Below the pieces are notes generated by a model, which was not told the origin of the DNA, searched no databases, and saw nothing but the letters and a program-made list of their open reading frames with translations. DNA of 64,000 bases, from the NCBI GenBank assembly GCA_028023455.1, contig JAQFVV010000002.1, positions 26,164,001 through 26,228,000 on the forward strand. The letters are read 5' to 3'. Below, piece after piece: positions 1 to 12,976 of the stretch (positions within the stretch are counted from its first letter, which is position 1; every line of letters starts with the position of its first letter). Both the position numbers and the translations under genes were made by a program. Source of the DNA: Epiperipatus broadwayi. Taxonomy: Eukaryota; Animalia; Onychophora.

Positions 1-590
1 CTTCTTTGAGTGGTCTGAAGTCCCTGTATTGCTCTTCTATTAAGTCTCAGATCTATAAGTAAGAACTGGTAAAACCCATTTATTAAAAACCTTTCTTTTC
101 AAACACATAGGCATATTTCCTTTTAGTATCAAAAAATAACTTGGTAGTTTGTGATTACTGATCTTTATTTTCTTATGAGAAAATCCATTGATCACTTCTT
201 TAGTCATTTATCATTAATCCTAGTTTCATCTGATAAATCTTGTAACATTTTCAGAAGCTTGAAACATTGTTTGCAAAAACAATATATCATTTGCAAAACC
301 TAGATGACTTAAATAATCAGTTATTTTTACTCCCTTAGCTTCTTGTTTTAATCTACAAAATCATTATAAAATGGCTGTAAAAAGTTTTGGAAATATGGAA
401 TCATCCCATACTACACTCCAATCAATGTTATCTTCCTAATGCCACTATGTAACTTAATCACCAAGTTTTCATTTTGATAAATTTATTTCAGAATATGACA
501 GTATCTTGGGCTTATACCATGATAATTTAAAGCTTTAGTCTCTAAAATATTTATAGAATCAAATGCCTTTTTATAAACTACAAATCCAAA

Positions 591-1116
591 GTTGTGTTTT
601 TATATTGGACTATTTCCATCATCTGAGTATTGAATGTCTTTAGAAAAATATAACTTTATTTAAATATTCCAAATACATTCAACTGTTAATAATAACACAT
701 TAAACAGGTTAATATATGCACAACATTTTGAGAGATATTATTCTCCCCTCTTCTTCAGGTGTTGCTGGCCTGACCAGTGACAGTACTAGATGGGATTCAA
801 ACCTAGACTCTTAGATTCTTGAGTATCCTGCCAAAAGCTGTTGGAGTGTTACCTTAAAATTCAATATTCAAGAATCTAAAGATCCAGGTTCGAATCCCAT
901 GCTAGTACTGTCACTGGTCAGGCCAGCAACATTTGAAGAAGTGGGGAGAGTAATACCTCACAAAACGTTGTGCATATACTAACCTGTTTGATGTGCTAGG
1001 GATATTTAAATAAGGTTAAATTTTTATAAAGACATTCAATACTCATATTAGATAATGGAAATAGTCCAATATAAAAATACAACTAAAACATCATCATCAT
1101 AAACTTTCAGGAAAAC
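591..1116. mobile_element. Fold-back insertion, family A (tRNA-like head + hammerhead remnant on each arm)
   Basis: Inverted arms ~591-830 and ~867-1083. 14-bp TSD ACTACAAATCCAAA at 577-590 and 1117-1130. 33-nt tail 1084-1116 on the right arm only. GGTTCGAATCCC B-box-like motif at ~887-898. Confidence 0.85.
717..765 (-). ncRNA. Degenerate minimal hammerhead ribozyme, family A left arm
   Basis: Minus strand cac-CTGAAGA-a-gaggggaga ataata tctctc-AAAA-tgt-t-gtg. GAAAC is decayed, consistent with CpG loss. Mirror copy at ~925-973 (+). Confidence 0.5.
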
Positions 1117-2049
1117 ACTACAAATCCAAAACTTAATAATAATTGTATAACTTCTCTCATTCCATGGATTTAAATAAAGATTATTTTGATTGTTTTAAAT
1201 TGAAAGTTCACTGTAGATGAATTATAATTATTTTTGTCAAGACTTTGTATAGAATTACTATAAGACTGATAGATTTCTAATATCTTATTGATCATCTGAT
1301 CTCTTGCATTTAGATATATAGTTTTACTATTTCTTCACCTGCTTCTTTTAAGATATCCATTATAATTGGTAGCTTTTCCCATTTTTCAGATTTAATTGCA
1401 TTTCTTCATTCAAAATGCTTGATAATCCAGAAGCCATAATAATTGTAAGGGTTATTTTGGTTCTTGTTCTTTATTAATATACAATTCCTTTTATGATGTC
1501 ATTCCTCTTTTTAGTAATAGCGTCATTTTTTTTCTTATTGCATGAAACAACTTTTTTTCCAATAGCAAAATATTTATTTTTGAACATTTTATTCTCTTCT
1601 ATAGCTTTCCTCGCCAATTTACTTATATTTTCTTACTATTAGTTCCTTTTCATATCATTTTGCAGAACTCCTAATATTCAATTTTTAATAGATCATTTTA
1701 AAATATTTTTTCTTTTATTCATACATTCTTTTATCTCAGCTGTAAATTTACTGGCAAATTACTTTTTTGTATCAGCTATCTTTATGCAGTTCTTAATAAG
1801 ATTATTAGTTATTTTATTAATCTCATAAAGGCTCACAGCATTTTAAAAAGATTAACGAATTTTAATTTAAATTTGTTTCTGAAAGTGAGAAACATCAACT
1901 ATTAATACTGTCTTTTTTAATACTAGTTTTACATTAATATGTACTATTTTATATCTCATTAATCAATGATTACTTTCTGCATTGAATCTATTATGAACAT
2001 TACTATCATGAGATACATATTTTCTGTTATTAAACAAGGATGTGATGTA

Positions 2050-2323
2050 CTGTGGCTTCTCCTTAAACGAAGTCAAGAATATCTGAGCAATTATGCCCAG
2101 ATAAACCTGTTAGCCACTTAATTTTCCATTCCCCACTGTAAGTTTTCCCATATTCTGCTCCATCCCATTTCCACAACATAATCTTTGTCAACTCTATAGC
2201 CTTAATATCTAATTCCCCCTTATCTTTTCCCAAACCCAGCATAAAAACCAATAATTCACTTTCTGTATAATCACTTTTTTCATATTTATTCTTCCATGAC
2301 TTCATTATATGTACCCTTTCCAT
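2050..2323 (-). mobile_element. 3' fragment of the L2/CR1-like LINE found at 44.4-49.2 kb
   Basis: ORF 2063-2323 (YTESELLVFMLGLGKD..IELTKIMLWKW) aligns by eye with 44420-44680. Confidence 0.75.
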
Positions 2324-2398
2324 ACAGTACTGCCACCCTGTGCCAACCTGAGTAATAACAATTATGTGCTAGTATAAGAGATGGTGATCATGTGAGAT
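2324..2398. mobile_element. Collapsed family B fold-back remnant
   Basis: CCATACAGTACTGCCACCCTGTGCCAAC matches the family B inverted arm. It is followed by the family B tail TAATAACAATTATGTGCTAGTATAAGAGATGGTGATCATGTG (compare 63775-63810 reverse). Confidence 0.65.
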
Positions 2399-3689
2399 TT
2401 TGTTAGTTAAAATATAATCCAATTTCTGCTGTATATTAGTATGTATGCATTCATAATATATAATTTTTCTTCTGCAAATTTCCCAAGTTTGTGTCCTCTC
2501 ATTTTTGTCATCATAGTTAAATTTATTCATAACAATTTTGTGATTAAAAGTATTTTGCACATCTACATATAAACATCTCAACTTCTTCATAACAAGAACT
2601 TGTTAGGACATAAATCAGAATTATCTACATTTGAGAAGAATAATGCTTTATTTGTTTTATATTATTCTTCCATTTTTCATTTATAATGAACCCTATTCCA
2701 GTCCTGCTTCTAATATTTACCCTTTGTAATGAAATACATGCATACTTTTTAAATAATTTCACTTTTTCTTTTAACTTCACAAAATCCAACAAACATCCTT
2801 CTTCCTGCACAGTTATAGGTTCTAAATAAAAAGTCATCAGTGAATGACAGCCAGAGTTTATCATCGGCAGATTTTTAGCATTTTCTGTCTTTGGCCACCA
2901 ACCTTGATTTGGCTGACGACTTTACAGACTCCTGGAAATAAGAGCAATAAATTAGTTTCATCCTATGATTGCAAATATCTAAGGAAAAAAAAAACATTTA
3001 TACCCAAGATAATTCAACCGATGTTTTCATTCCGGAATTATCAGGGAACTGAGAAAAAGGATCATGGTGTCTCTTGGTTTTAAACCCAATAATAAAAAAT
3101 CCAATAAACTCGCTATACATGCGAGTAGCCCATGTATGATCATTTACCATATGAATAATTACATTTGCTATGACAATGTATGGTCCAGAAATTTGCTCTG
3201 CTCAGTTTTCTTTAAGGCCTCAAAGGGAATCAAATGTTCTCCTTTTAGCTAACAGTAAACTCTTTTCTACTGCATTAGCTCAGTTATAAAGATATACATT
3301 TCACTATATTCAAAAAGAAAACAATTTTTTTATGAAACCAAACTTCACCTTTACATTAAAAATACCTAAGAATCTTTTGATTATTTTTTATAATCTTTGT
3401 CAAAGCATAATTCATCGGAACAAAAATATGCAAATCAAAATTCAAAAATCTACATAAATACCGTACAATAACAGTCAATTATACCAGCAAATATAAACAA
3501 TATTTTATAAAATCTTAATTTTCTTTTTGTTTTTTAGCTAGTATTAATATTACAAAAATCTAATTTTTAAAAATTGACTAAAAAATGTTTTTAAAGTTAA
3601 TATAAATATGCAGTTTCCTTTATCAATATATAATTACATAATTATATATTGTTAATTATTATTAAAGTGTTCTTTCTTACAGAGGGATC

Positions 3690-4560
3690 CAGAAATCAAT
3701 AACATGAACCCAATTGCTTTTCTATTTTATTCTGTTTATTGCTAAATCTTTAATATTTCATAACTCATTCTATCCTTTACATCATCTAATAAGATAAATA
3801 TATCTCCATTCTTTTCTTTTTAATAATACCATTCCCTCCAAAACATTTCTTATATCTCCAATCAATCTTCTTTATTATCTCCAAAACTTATTTATTAGTC
3901 ACTTTATCCATCCAATTAATTTTCTTCATTCTGACATGTCAAAGACCTCCAATCTATCCTTAACTTTTTTTTGGATAAAATCTCACAACCATAAAATAAT
4001 ACACTCCATATATAGTACTTCATCAATTCCCTTGTCATTTCACTCTTCAAAAGTCCACTAAAAATTTTTTTCTTGGTAAATATCTCCTTTGTTAATTGTT
4101 ATTCTTTTAACTTTATATCATTTTTCCAATCTTATTCAACTACCCAAATATTTAAATTCATTCACCTACTGAACACTCTTTATCCTCAAGTTTCATCTGT
4201 ATTTCTGTTGTGCTTCTTCCCATCCACAAAGCCTTAGTCTACATATATTAATTTTCATTCTATTACTTATAATATATTCAACAAATCCAGATTCTTTTCA
4301 CCTTGAACTAAATGAGCTATATCATCTACAATCTTATTCTATTTTCAGCAATATCACTTTGTCAATACAAATATTTATCATTTCTGAATAAATATTAAAA
4401 AGCACAAATGACATATAACATCTCCGCCCAATACCTCTTAGTTTTTCAGTTTCTCTATTCCTAATCTATTATTTACCTTTGTTCAATATATATATTCCAA
4501 ATTAATCTTTTCTCTAATACACTTTTTTATGTTTCAAAGGTACTTTATTTATTCTTTGAA
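3690..4560 (-). mobile_element. Decayed RTE-like RT fragment
   Basis: Minus strand ~4300-4440 reads RGIGRRCYMSFVLFNIYSE (QG..SP.LFN motif) followed by a decayed ADD-like motif. Many stops. Confidence 0.6.
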
Positions 4561-6400
4561 AAGAAAACATTGGTTACACTTATTTACTTTTTTTTTTTTA
4601 CCACATTAATTAAATCATAGACACTAGATAAACAAATTCATAAAAAAACACACACACACAAACAGATATTATTATTGAAGCAAGTGTGTCAAGATCGAGT
4701 CCCGACCTGGTTTCTGTATATACCTCATATTCGGAAACTTTTCTATCCCTTTCAGTTATTGTTTCTAGATTATTTCTAAAAGCAATTAGTGGTCTTCTTG
4801 AACTGTTTTCATAGACACGTATGCATATTATGCACCATATAGCATAGAGAACAAAGATATTGGCACATATATTCGAAAAAAGACTTTTACCAAATTTCTT
4901 AAAACATATATCCAATATTTATATTTTTATTCTTAAATAAAACTGCTATTTCCACTCTGATCTGGTCAAAGCTGGGACATGAGCAATAAATGTGAGATTG
5001 GGTTTCGGACTCTCTTTTACAAAGACCATAACAAACATCTATTGTTTGAATCTGACTTTTATATTTGTAAAAAAAATTGGTAGGTAATGCTTCTAAGTTG
5101 ATCTTAACCAGAAAATCATAAGAAATTAGGCTCAAGTGACCAATATTTAAATTTGTGACATAATTCTTTATTTGTAAGTTCAAGTACAGACTTTTCGTGG
5201 CAGGGGAAAGTAATAAATATAGACAAGATTTTGTATTTCTAGGATCAAGTCTCTAATGGCCTTTAAATATCCTGTAAGTGGAGGTGGTCTATCTGTAGAT
5301 GTGACTTTAAATGCTATTTCCAGGTAAGGAAATATCTTAGTACATCTTGAGATGATATTAAGTTTTTTTTTGTATTTCAAATACTTTTATTGAATGTAGA
5401 GCCAGACCATTGTTTGCCAATGACACTGGAGCTTTCTGATTGAGATTGATGAAATCCTTCTGCCCCAGAAAAGTTTTCTCAGTAGTGTATGAATATGGTT
5501 AATATTTTTTTGTAAATTTTATTATTGGTGTATATCATTCTAGTCACAGCATGTTGTATAATGAAACTTTGGCATATAAGAGAAATAAGCTTTTGTTAGG
5601 AAGTTAATTATATGTTCTATTTTATTTGTTAGTTGAATACTTCTCATTTATGTAGGATTTAAGTAAAACGGAAAACCTAAAAAAAGGCTGGGTTTTCCTT
5701 TAAAATGTTCCATAATATTGCGTCCCATGTAAATTTGCCATGCACTTGATTTTTCCATATTAAACATGAGTTTGAATTTGTCAGTGTATTGTTTTAGCAA
5801 TTTTATTACAAGTGAAATTTGTTTTCTGGATGATAAGAAAATTGCAATATCATTCATGTAAGCAACACTCTTAATGCTGAAGTTTAAGTCTGAGATATAT
5901 ATGCCTGTCATTTCTTTTTCAATGGCTGCTAGTAAAGGGTTTATGTATATTGAGAAGAGAAGTGCACTCAGTAGTGAAACTTGAGGTATAGAAAAATTGG
6001 GGATAATAGGCGGTGATCTTCGTCCATTTATAGTTACATGTATCTCCCTGTTCTGAAGTAAATTTGTCAGGACATAAAGATAAGATTTAGGTATATATTC
6101 GTTTCAGCTAGTGTTAATCAGAATGTCAGTAGGAACTATATCAAATGCAGATTTAATATCCAGCTGGATCACAACTGGACCATATTTTTTCTTTACTCTA
6201 ACCATGTCAATAACAGTTCTAAATATAAAGGTTGCTTGATTAGTAGATGAGCCCTTTTTTGAAAATTGGCATTTAGAGAGCATAGGTAAAATATATGGCT
6301 CCATTCTATCTTTTAGATCAGCCTCCAATACTTTGATCCTCAATGGACTCATTGAAATTGGTCTTACTTTTCAATGGTTGATATAGGATATAGATTTTGT
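4560..6400 (-). mobile_element. Decayed L1/Tx1-like LINE ORF2 (RT + C-terminal zinc knuckle)
   Basis: ORF pieces: IQLDIKSAFDIV (6104-6352), AYMNDIAIF..NMEKS (5648-5911), CYGLCKRESETQSHIYCSC (4899-5183). Confidence 0.8.
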
Positions 6401-7217
6401 ATTGTGTATATTTCTTTTGGTAAGAAATTTGCTAGGCAATTGGAGGTAAAGAAATTTAATGTCGATATACAAAGCGAGGTATCCCATGAAGTGAAAATTG
6501 GCTAAGAACTTCTTGAAAAATATAAGATAGTAAACAATATTACATGCTTCAAAATTATTATTGATGTTTCAATTTAAAGAATGTATGGAAAAATAAAAAA
6601 TACTTTATTGGTGAATGATATAGTCTTTGGGAAAGATGTAAAGATTGTTATTGTTATAATAATTTAAAATATATTTAAAAAGGGATTAGTGGTTTGGTTA
6701 TTTCTGTTTATAAAGGAGGAAGCATACATGCTAGTGAAGAAGACCTAAAATATGAGATTTTTATGTTAAGAATATGGGCCTCATAAATAGCTTTCACAGT
6801 TAAAGTTTCACACGTTTCCATATAATAAATATGTAAAATAATAGTTCTAAATACAACTAATTTAGGTGCAATAGTTATACATACACTACAATGAAATAGT
6901 TTTTTAATTTTTAACACAGAAGGAGCATGCACTTGAAAATAAATGCATTAGGCGAATTTCATTTACAGACTATAAAATTATAAAAATATCATTATTTATA
7001 TTTGGGATATTACAGAGTCTACTAATGAATAATATTTCTGTAATTTTCTCTATACTACTTTCATCTAATAAAAAATGTTAATATATTGAGTCTACTAATT
7101 GAATTTCCATTGGGTTGGAACCATGAAATGAACGAGTAACAAATTTTTAAATTATTTTAATGGTAAAGTTGAACATGGTTTTCACAGAAGCAGACCCTGT
7201 TTACATTATAGAAAATG

Positions 7218-7377
7218 TTGAAATTATTAGATCGGAAATCGAACTCCGATAATGCGCTATTACTTTAAATATTATAAATCTCCATGCACTCACACGTAGA
7301 GATTTATAATATTTAAAGTAATAACACATTATCGGAGATCTAATAATTTCAAGATTTTCAGCGCTTTATAATAAGAG
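7218..7377. mobile_element. Fold-back insertion, family H
   Basis: Inverted arms around a loop at ~7278-7293. 13-bp TSD ATTATAGAAAATG at 7205-7217 and 7378-7390. Short tail on the right. Second copy at 29313-29463. Confidence 0.75.
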
Positions 7378-9638
7378 ATTATAGAAAATGCTATATTAAT
7401 TATTTTTATTGAAAAAATGCTGATGAAGATTAAATTTACAATTCAAATAGTGTGTAAGTTTTCCAGAAAGGGAAAATTTATTGCTGAACAAGTTAAAAGA
7501 TAGCAGACTTTGTTTACATTCTAAAGAATGCAATATTGATTACTTTTGGGAAATACAGCTTGGGTAGGGTACCAAAGTTTTTCAGAAAGAAAAAGTTCGC
7601 TACAGTAATTACAAGACATCACAGGATATCAAATAAACCAAATGAATCATCATGTATTTGTATAATACCTTTTACATCTTTAATCACTTATTACAATGTA
7701 AACAAATAAAATTTCTTTATTTTCTTGTAGTTTCAAGTGACCAGTCATCTTTATCAGAGCTACAACATTCAAATATATATAACCATACAATTAGTATTAC
7801 ATATTTATTAATCAATGAATAAAAACAAGGGAAAGAAATTGCATGTATTTATGTTTATGTCTGATAGATTGGTTTGTATAATTATAGAAAAATTTATCTC
7901 GTGGGGTTTTCTTTGTTTGCAGATGAAATGCCCATATTTATTTGTGTGGCAGTTGTTGCTGATAAGTCTGAATAGCTATCAACTTTATAACCAAAAATAT
8001 TCTAATTCTTTAATTTCAAAAGGCACTTATCAAGGCTGATTTTGATACCAGAATCTTAAATCTATTCAATGATTATCAGGCTGAAGCCAGAAGATAGCCA
8101 AGTGTTTTGGTCACCAGGAGAAAATCATCAAAACAATACACTGACCATGGAGATTCCAAATATCAATTAATAAAATTGTGAATTATAATCAATGCTTTAA
8201 CAGGAAATGAATGGAAGAGGCTTTTTTTTTTAAAAAAAAAAATCCATTAAATAGTTAGGAAAAAAAATCTGAGTAATGGATTGTTATTCATAGAAAGTAT
8301 ATTTTTAAATTGCACGTACATCTTCTTAGAAATCATAATTTCCCATTTTGTTTATGGATACTATTTGCAATGTGAACTGAAAATAATCATTTCTACAATT
8401 CCATCCCCTTGTATCTAGTCTAATTTTTCAGAAATTTTAATATAGAAAGCAAAGGACTATGATTTATATCAACAATTTAAGTTTATATTCCTCTATAGAG
8501 ACTGGTGGGTCTACTATAACATTCCCTTTTATTATTTATTTTTTGAAGGTAACTGAGTCTTATTTACTTTAATTGATTGCTTATCCTAAGTAGGTGACCC
8601 AATTACTAAACAGTAAATTGCCTCGCTTCTTAAATGAAGAGGAATAGCTTCACCAAAAAGAAGAATTAATTTCTCTACTAATTTTTATTGCAGTTTATAC
8701 AATTTTTAAAATTTATTTATTTATGAATAAATATTTTCTTTTTGAGAAGATAGACTGTTGAGTTCGAATCAAACTTTATTATTAGCGATATACTTCTGAA
8801 AGTTTTGTCTTTATCAGTGCTTCTTTCATCTTAGCTCCATCCTATTGCAACCATTCATTATCAGTCCAGAAGTCAGACCACTCTCTCTCACTATGGGTAC
8901 TTTGTAACATCTCGTTTTTTCAAGCGAGCAAGATATCCATTGTTTATTTTAATATTAAAAAAATGCAATCACATAACTTTAAATGCTTAAACTTATTTAT
9001 AAACATCTTTGGTCTCTACGTGATTAACTTGCTCTTTTTATAAAAAATGGTTGATTCAATATGACCAACATAGTGGCAATATTGACGGTTAAACATCCCC
9101 TAAAATATTCACACATTAATGCCAATTTTTTGATCTCTATGGGATAATTCATTGCCCTGTTTCTCTGATTGTGCAAGTTAAAGTAGCACTCTTTGGAATA
9201 TTTGTGAGGGTCTGAGACAGAAACTATCAATAACTTAACTATTTGATCAAATGTTAGTTCTGATATATATGAAGTTATATGAGATTGCAAAATTTCACAA
9301 ATTACAGAACCATAAACATATTTATAAAAGATGTAATCTTTATATCAGATTTGGTATTCTTAATTTAAAATTTAATTTTATTAGATTTGCTGATTATACA
9401 ATCTTCTTATACCTTTTAAGCAAAAAATATTTATTTTATTTACAGTTTCTACTATTCCTTGGTCTTCTTCAGATCTCATTCTATTTCTCTACTTTTCCCT
9501 TTCCACCATTTTATTTTTAGTTACTAGCTGTATCAAAACTTGGGATATTAGACCAGACCAGACCATACCCAGGGCTATATAAAGCCTGGAGATTTATATT
9601 TTAATTAGTTGCTTTAACATTTTTTATAAAGACTTAAT

Positions 9639-9948
9639 TATACATATGCAATTTTTTTGCATGCGTTAGTGAAGCTGTAATTATACTATAATGTTTAATA
9701 TGCCTGCTTAGCGCATTCGAGATTTAGTATTCTAATCTCATACTCATAGCTTTACTGAATGTGTACAATAAATTACAACAGTCTTCATTCAGTAAAGCTA
9801 TGAGTATGAGATTAGAATACCAAATCTCGAAAGCGTTAAGCAGGCATATTAAACATTATAGTATAATTACAGCTTCAATAACGCATGTAGAAAAATCGCA
9901 TATGTATAATTACAATTTTTATTGGTGAAGAGAAAAACAATTTATTAC
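9639..9948. mobile_element. Fold-back insertion, family D (hammerhead-like motif on each arm)
   Basis: Arms 9639-9761 and 9786-9908. TSD ATAAAGA(C/T)TTAAT at 9626-9638 and 9949-9961. ~40-nt tail 9909-9948. Confidence 0.8.
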
Positions 9949-10599
9949 ATAAAGATTTAATGTAAATTAAACAAAACACACTTTAATATGATATAAATAA
10001 ATATGAAAATTGTACACTGGCTTGAAAGGCCATTGTTTCGACTTCAATTGTACACTAATCAAAACTAAATGTAAATACGGTATAATAGCTTCTACCCCCC
10101 CCCCCTCACTAAATATCACACTTTAAACATGAATTTATGTACTGTTGATTTAAATATTATATCTATTCAGTTCTAGTTAAAAGCACATGTACTGATTTTT
10201 TTCGGATATTCCAATATTATATTTTTTTAGAATCCAGAAATGTAGCTGGCCGTCATTTTTGTAATATATTTTTTAATCAGTTGTATTAACAAATTACTTC
10301 CTTTACATAAAATGGTTCATAAAAAATTATTACGGTTTAATAATAGCGGAACAAATAATTGTTTTCGTTGAAAAATACATCTTATTGTGAATTCACATGA
10401 AGAAACATTCACCAATCAGGCAACACAGTAAATAGAATTTTATATATAAGATATTGGAATCATACCTGAATATCTAGCTATAAATTCATAGTCACCAATC
10501 AGAAAACAGAGAAAATAGGGATTTTATATATATTTGAATCGTACATGAATAGCTATAAATTTTAAATGAGAATTACCAAAGCAATGGGATTTGTAAAGT

Positions 10600-11400
10600 G
10601 AAATAAAAAAATAAGCCATATTAAACCATTTACAATTTATAACAAATATTTTATATTAAATAGATAAAATGACTATAGGACCCAAACAGATGAACAATTT
10701 TGATGCCATTCTTCACACATGTAGAATGAATATAGATTGATAGGGTCAATTTGAAAAAGGACAATGGCATCCATAATTTAACTTCTCTACATTTTATCTT
10801 CATCTGTTGACAAAGGAGATAAAAAAATATTAGAGTTCAGCATCATGATGTCAGAAAATATTGCACATGGAATGAGCAAGAAATGGCAATTGATTTTATA
10901 GCAGTGGAACAGATTTATAATAAGATTAAACAGAATGGCTACGGCAGCTTTAGATAAATATAATCAGAAAAGAATTTAAGAGAGTAAATTTAAAAATTCT
11001 AGTTGATTAGTAATCTAGATATATTTAAAGATATGAATACATTTGTGTCTAGGATGCAAGTTGATTTTAATCTATTATTCTATTATGGAGACATATTCAA
11101 AAAACCTAATCAAAAGATCTTCAAAATAGCATTTATGATGGAATGATGATCTTGGGACTGTATTTTTATATGTTTAAATTAATTTTAAGAAACTGATCAG
11201 AATGCCAAATCAGTTGTAGAATGGTCTACTATTATGTTAAAATATTTACATCGGCATGAATATTAATGTCTCATAAAGTTAAAAAAAGATTTGTCGTCCC
11301 AAAATGATATAAAAGTCCACTTAAAATAATTTAGCAAATAATAAAGGCAATAGAAGAGACCTGGAATACTTTTAGTTGGCACAAAAAGAACAATCAATTA
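10600..11400 (+). mobile_element. Highly decayed LINE RT fragment
   Basis: Remnant motifs resembling AFDK.N (~10945) and ..DDLGL (~11140). No open frame. Confidence 0.35.
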
Positions 11401-11593
11401 CTTATAATTCTTGAATATAATTTTATTGATAGCTTTTTTATAGCTAATACACAATATTTACATTATAAAGGATGATTTGAGTTGAAAAAACATAATTATA
11501 AATGATGAAATAAAAAAGAGTGATCAGAAATCACTACCTAATATTACAAGCTTTTGCTGCTTTACATATGAAAACACGAATAACAGATATATA

Positions 11594-11807
11594 GGGGATT
11601 TGAACTCAAGACTTTCAAGCAACCTTCAACTATCCACACTATCTCATACTACTGATACACATGACCACACACATGTAGAAAAGATAAATGTGTGGTCAGG
11701 CGTATCAGTTGTATGAGATCGCGTGGATAGTTGAAGGCAGCTTGAAAGTCAGAGTTAAAATCCTCTATATTTACAATTAAATTCCAGGTATAAGAATGCC
11801 TGTATTT
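11594..11807. mobile_element. Fold-back insertion, family E, truncated just 3' of the ribozyme
   Basis: Arms ~11594-11681 and ~11699-11765. TSD CGAATAA(CA)GATATATA at 11577-11593 and 11808-11822. ~42-nt right tail. Sequence homologous to 14.6-15.1 kb. Confidence 0.75.
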
Positions 11808-12857
11808 CGAATAAGATATATAAATGGATGTATTTATATGTAATGTGAACTGAAAATTTAAATGTAAAATCGAACATTTCTTTTTTATCCACTATTATAG
11901 ATAACAAACCATGGATGTGAAAATTGAGGTAGAGATAATAATGGATTCAATATTAAATAAAAATTCTTAATAGACATATCAATATTCTTAATATGATCTA
12001 AATTTATGTCTAATTCAAGCTATCACATAATCACCAATTATCATGGTTGGAGATATTTTAAAATCCTGATTAGAGTATTTATGGTTCTTAATCAGAATAA
12101 TAACTGCTTATAAAATCAATATCTTAACCTTTAACAAAATTCAAAAACTTAGCCATTAATTGAGTGCCTAAATTAAATCAGAAACTAATGAACATGAGAT
12201 TTAATATGTAGATATAATAGTTTTACATAGTGATGTACAATTACTGCTAATAGATAATGTATATATATATAAATTCTTGCAATAAATTTGAACAAAAATC
12301 CTAAACTATTATAAACAATGTTAGATTCAAATTGGAAAATGAATTACCATAATTTAAAAATATAAATTAATCAAGTGTAATAAACAATCAATTAATATCT
12401 GAATGTCATGCAATACCTGATGCATTAAATTTTTGTTTATATCTACAGAATATTGCAAATTTCAACAAGCACTGCATTCTAAAAACATACTGATTTCAGA
12501 TAAGTCAAAAGGTCCAACGATTACTGCTACATCTTAATGTAGTTGTTGTAGATCTAAATATCAAACTTGTTAAAAATATAAACCATAGCGAATGCTTTTT
12601 TGTTGATAATTATTTCAACTGGGAGCATAATTAGTATTTTAAGACTATTAATCATTGTGGGATATATCAGAATTATGAGTTGTATAAAAAAATTTACGAG
12701 GTTAAATAACCATATAAGCAATCATTTGTTATTATAACATTTATTAAACAGAGCAAAACTCTCCATACAGTATTGCCACCTGTGCTAAACAGAGTAATCA
12801 ATGGATTCCAGAAGGCTTGTGCATAAAATCCCTATCTAATGCCTACTCATCCAATAT

Positions 12858-12897
12858 CCCCAGACTAGTTTCTGGCTTGTGGCCTTCGTCAGTGAGG
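12858..12897 (-). ncRNA. Minimal type I hammerhead ribozyme (family B left arm)
   Basis: cctca-CTGACGA-a-ggc-cacaa-gcc-a-GAAA-ctag-T-C-tgggg. Palindromic stem III ACTAGT, GUC cleavage triplet. Confidence 0.75.
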
Positions 12898-12936
12898 AGC
12901 TTTGGATCTGAGAGCACTGCATCTAGATCCAAAGCT

Positions 12937-12976
12937 CCTCACTGATGAAGGCCACAAGCCAGAAACTAGTCTGGGA
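12937..12976 (+). ncRNA. Minimal type I hammerhead ribozyme (family B right arm)
   Basis: cctca-CTGATGA-a-ggc-cacaa-gcc-a-GAAA-ctag-T-C-tggga. Confidence 0.75.

Larger units (their letters stand above)
1..3100 (-). mobile_element. Decayed RTE-clade LINE (APE endonuclease + RT), interrupted by insertions at 591-1116 and ~2036-2398
   Basis: ORF 2625-2864 (...RVNIRSRTGIGFIINEKWKNNI) is an RTE-type endonuclease segment. Minus strand at ~555-590 reads FGFVVYKKAFDSI (RT motif). Homologous to the copies at 33.4-35.4 kb and 37.9-40.8 kb. Confidence 0.8.

Noticed and set aside
2800-3100. HDV-like ribozyme at the RTE 5' end (also ~40670-40790)
   Set aside because: Expected for some RTE elements, but I could not fold a convincing nested double pseudoknot by eye.
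9962-10070. GTCGAAACAATGGCC (reverse strand) as another hammerhead
   Set aside because: Only the GAAAC half is visible, with no CUGANGA core or helix II. At most a decayed remnant.
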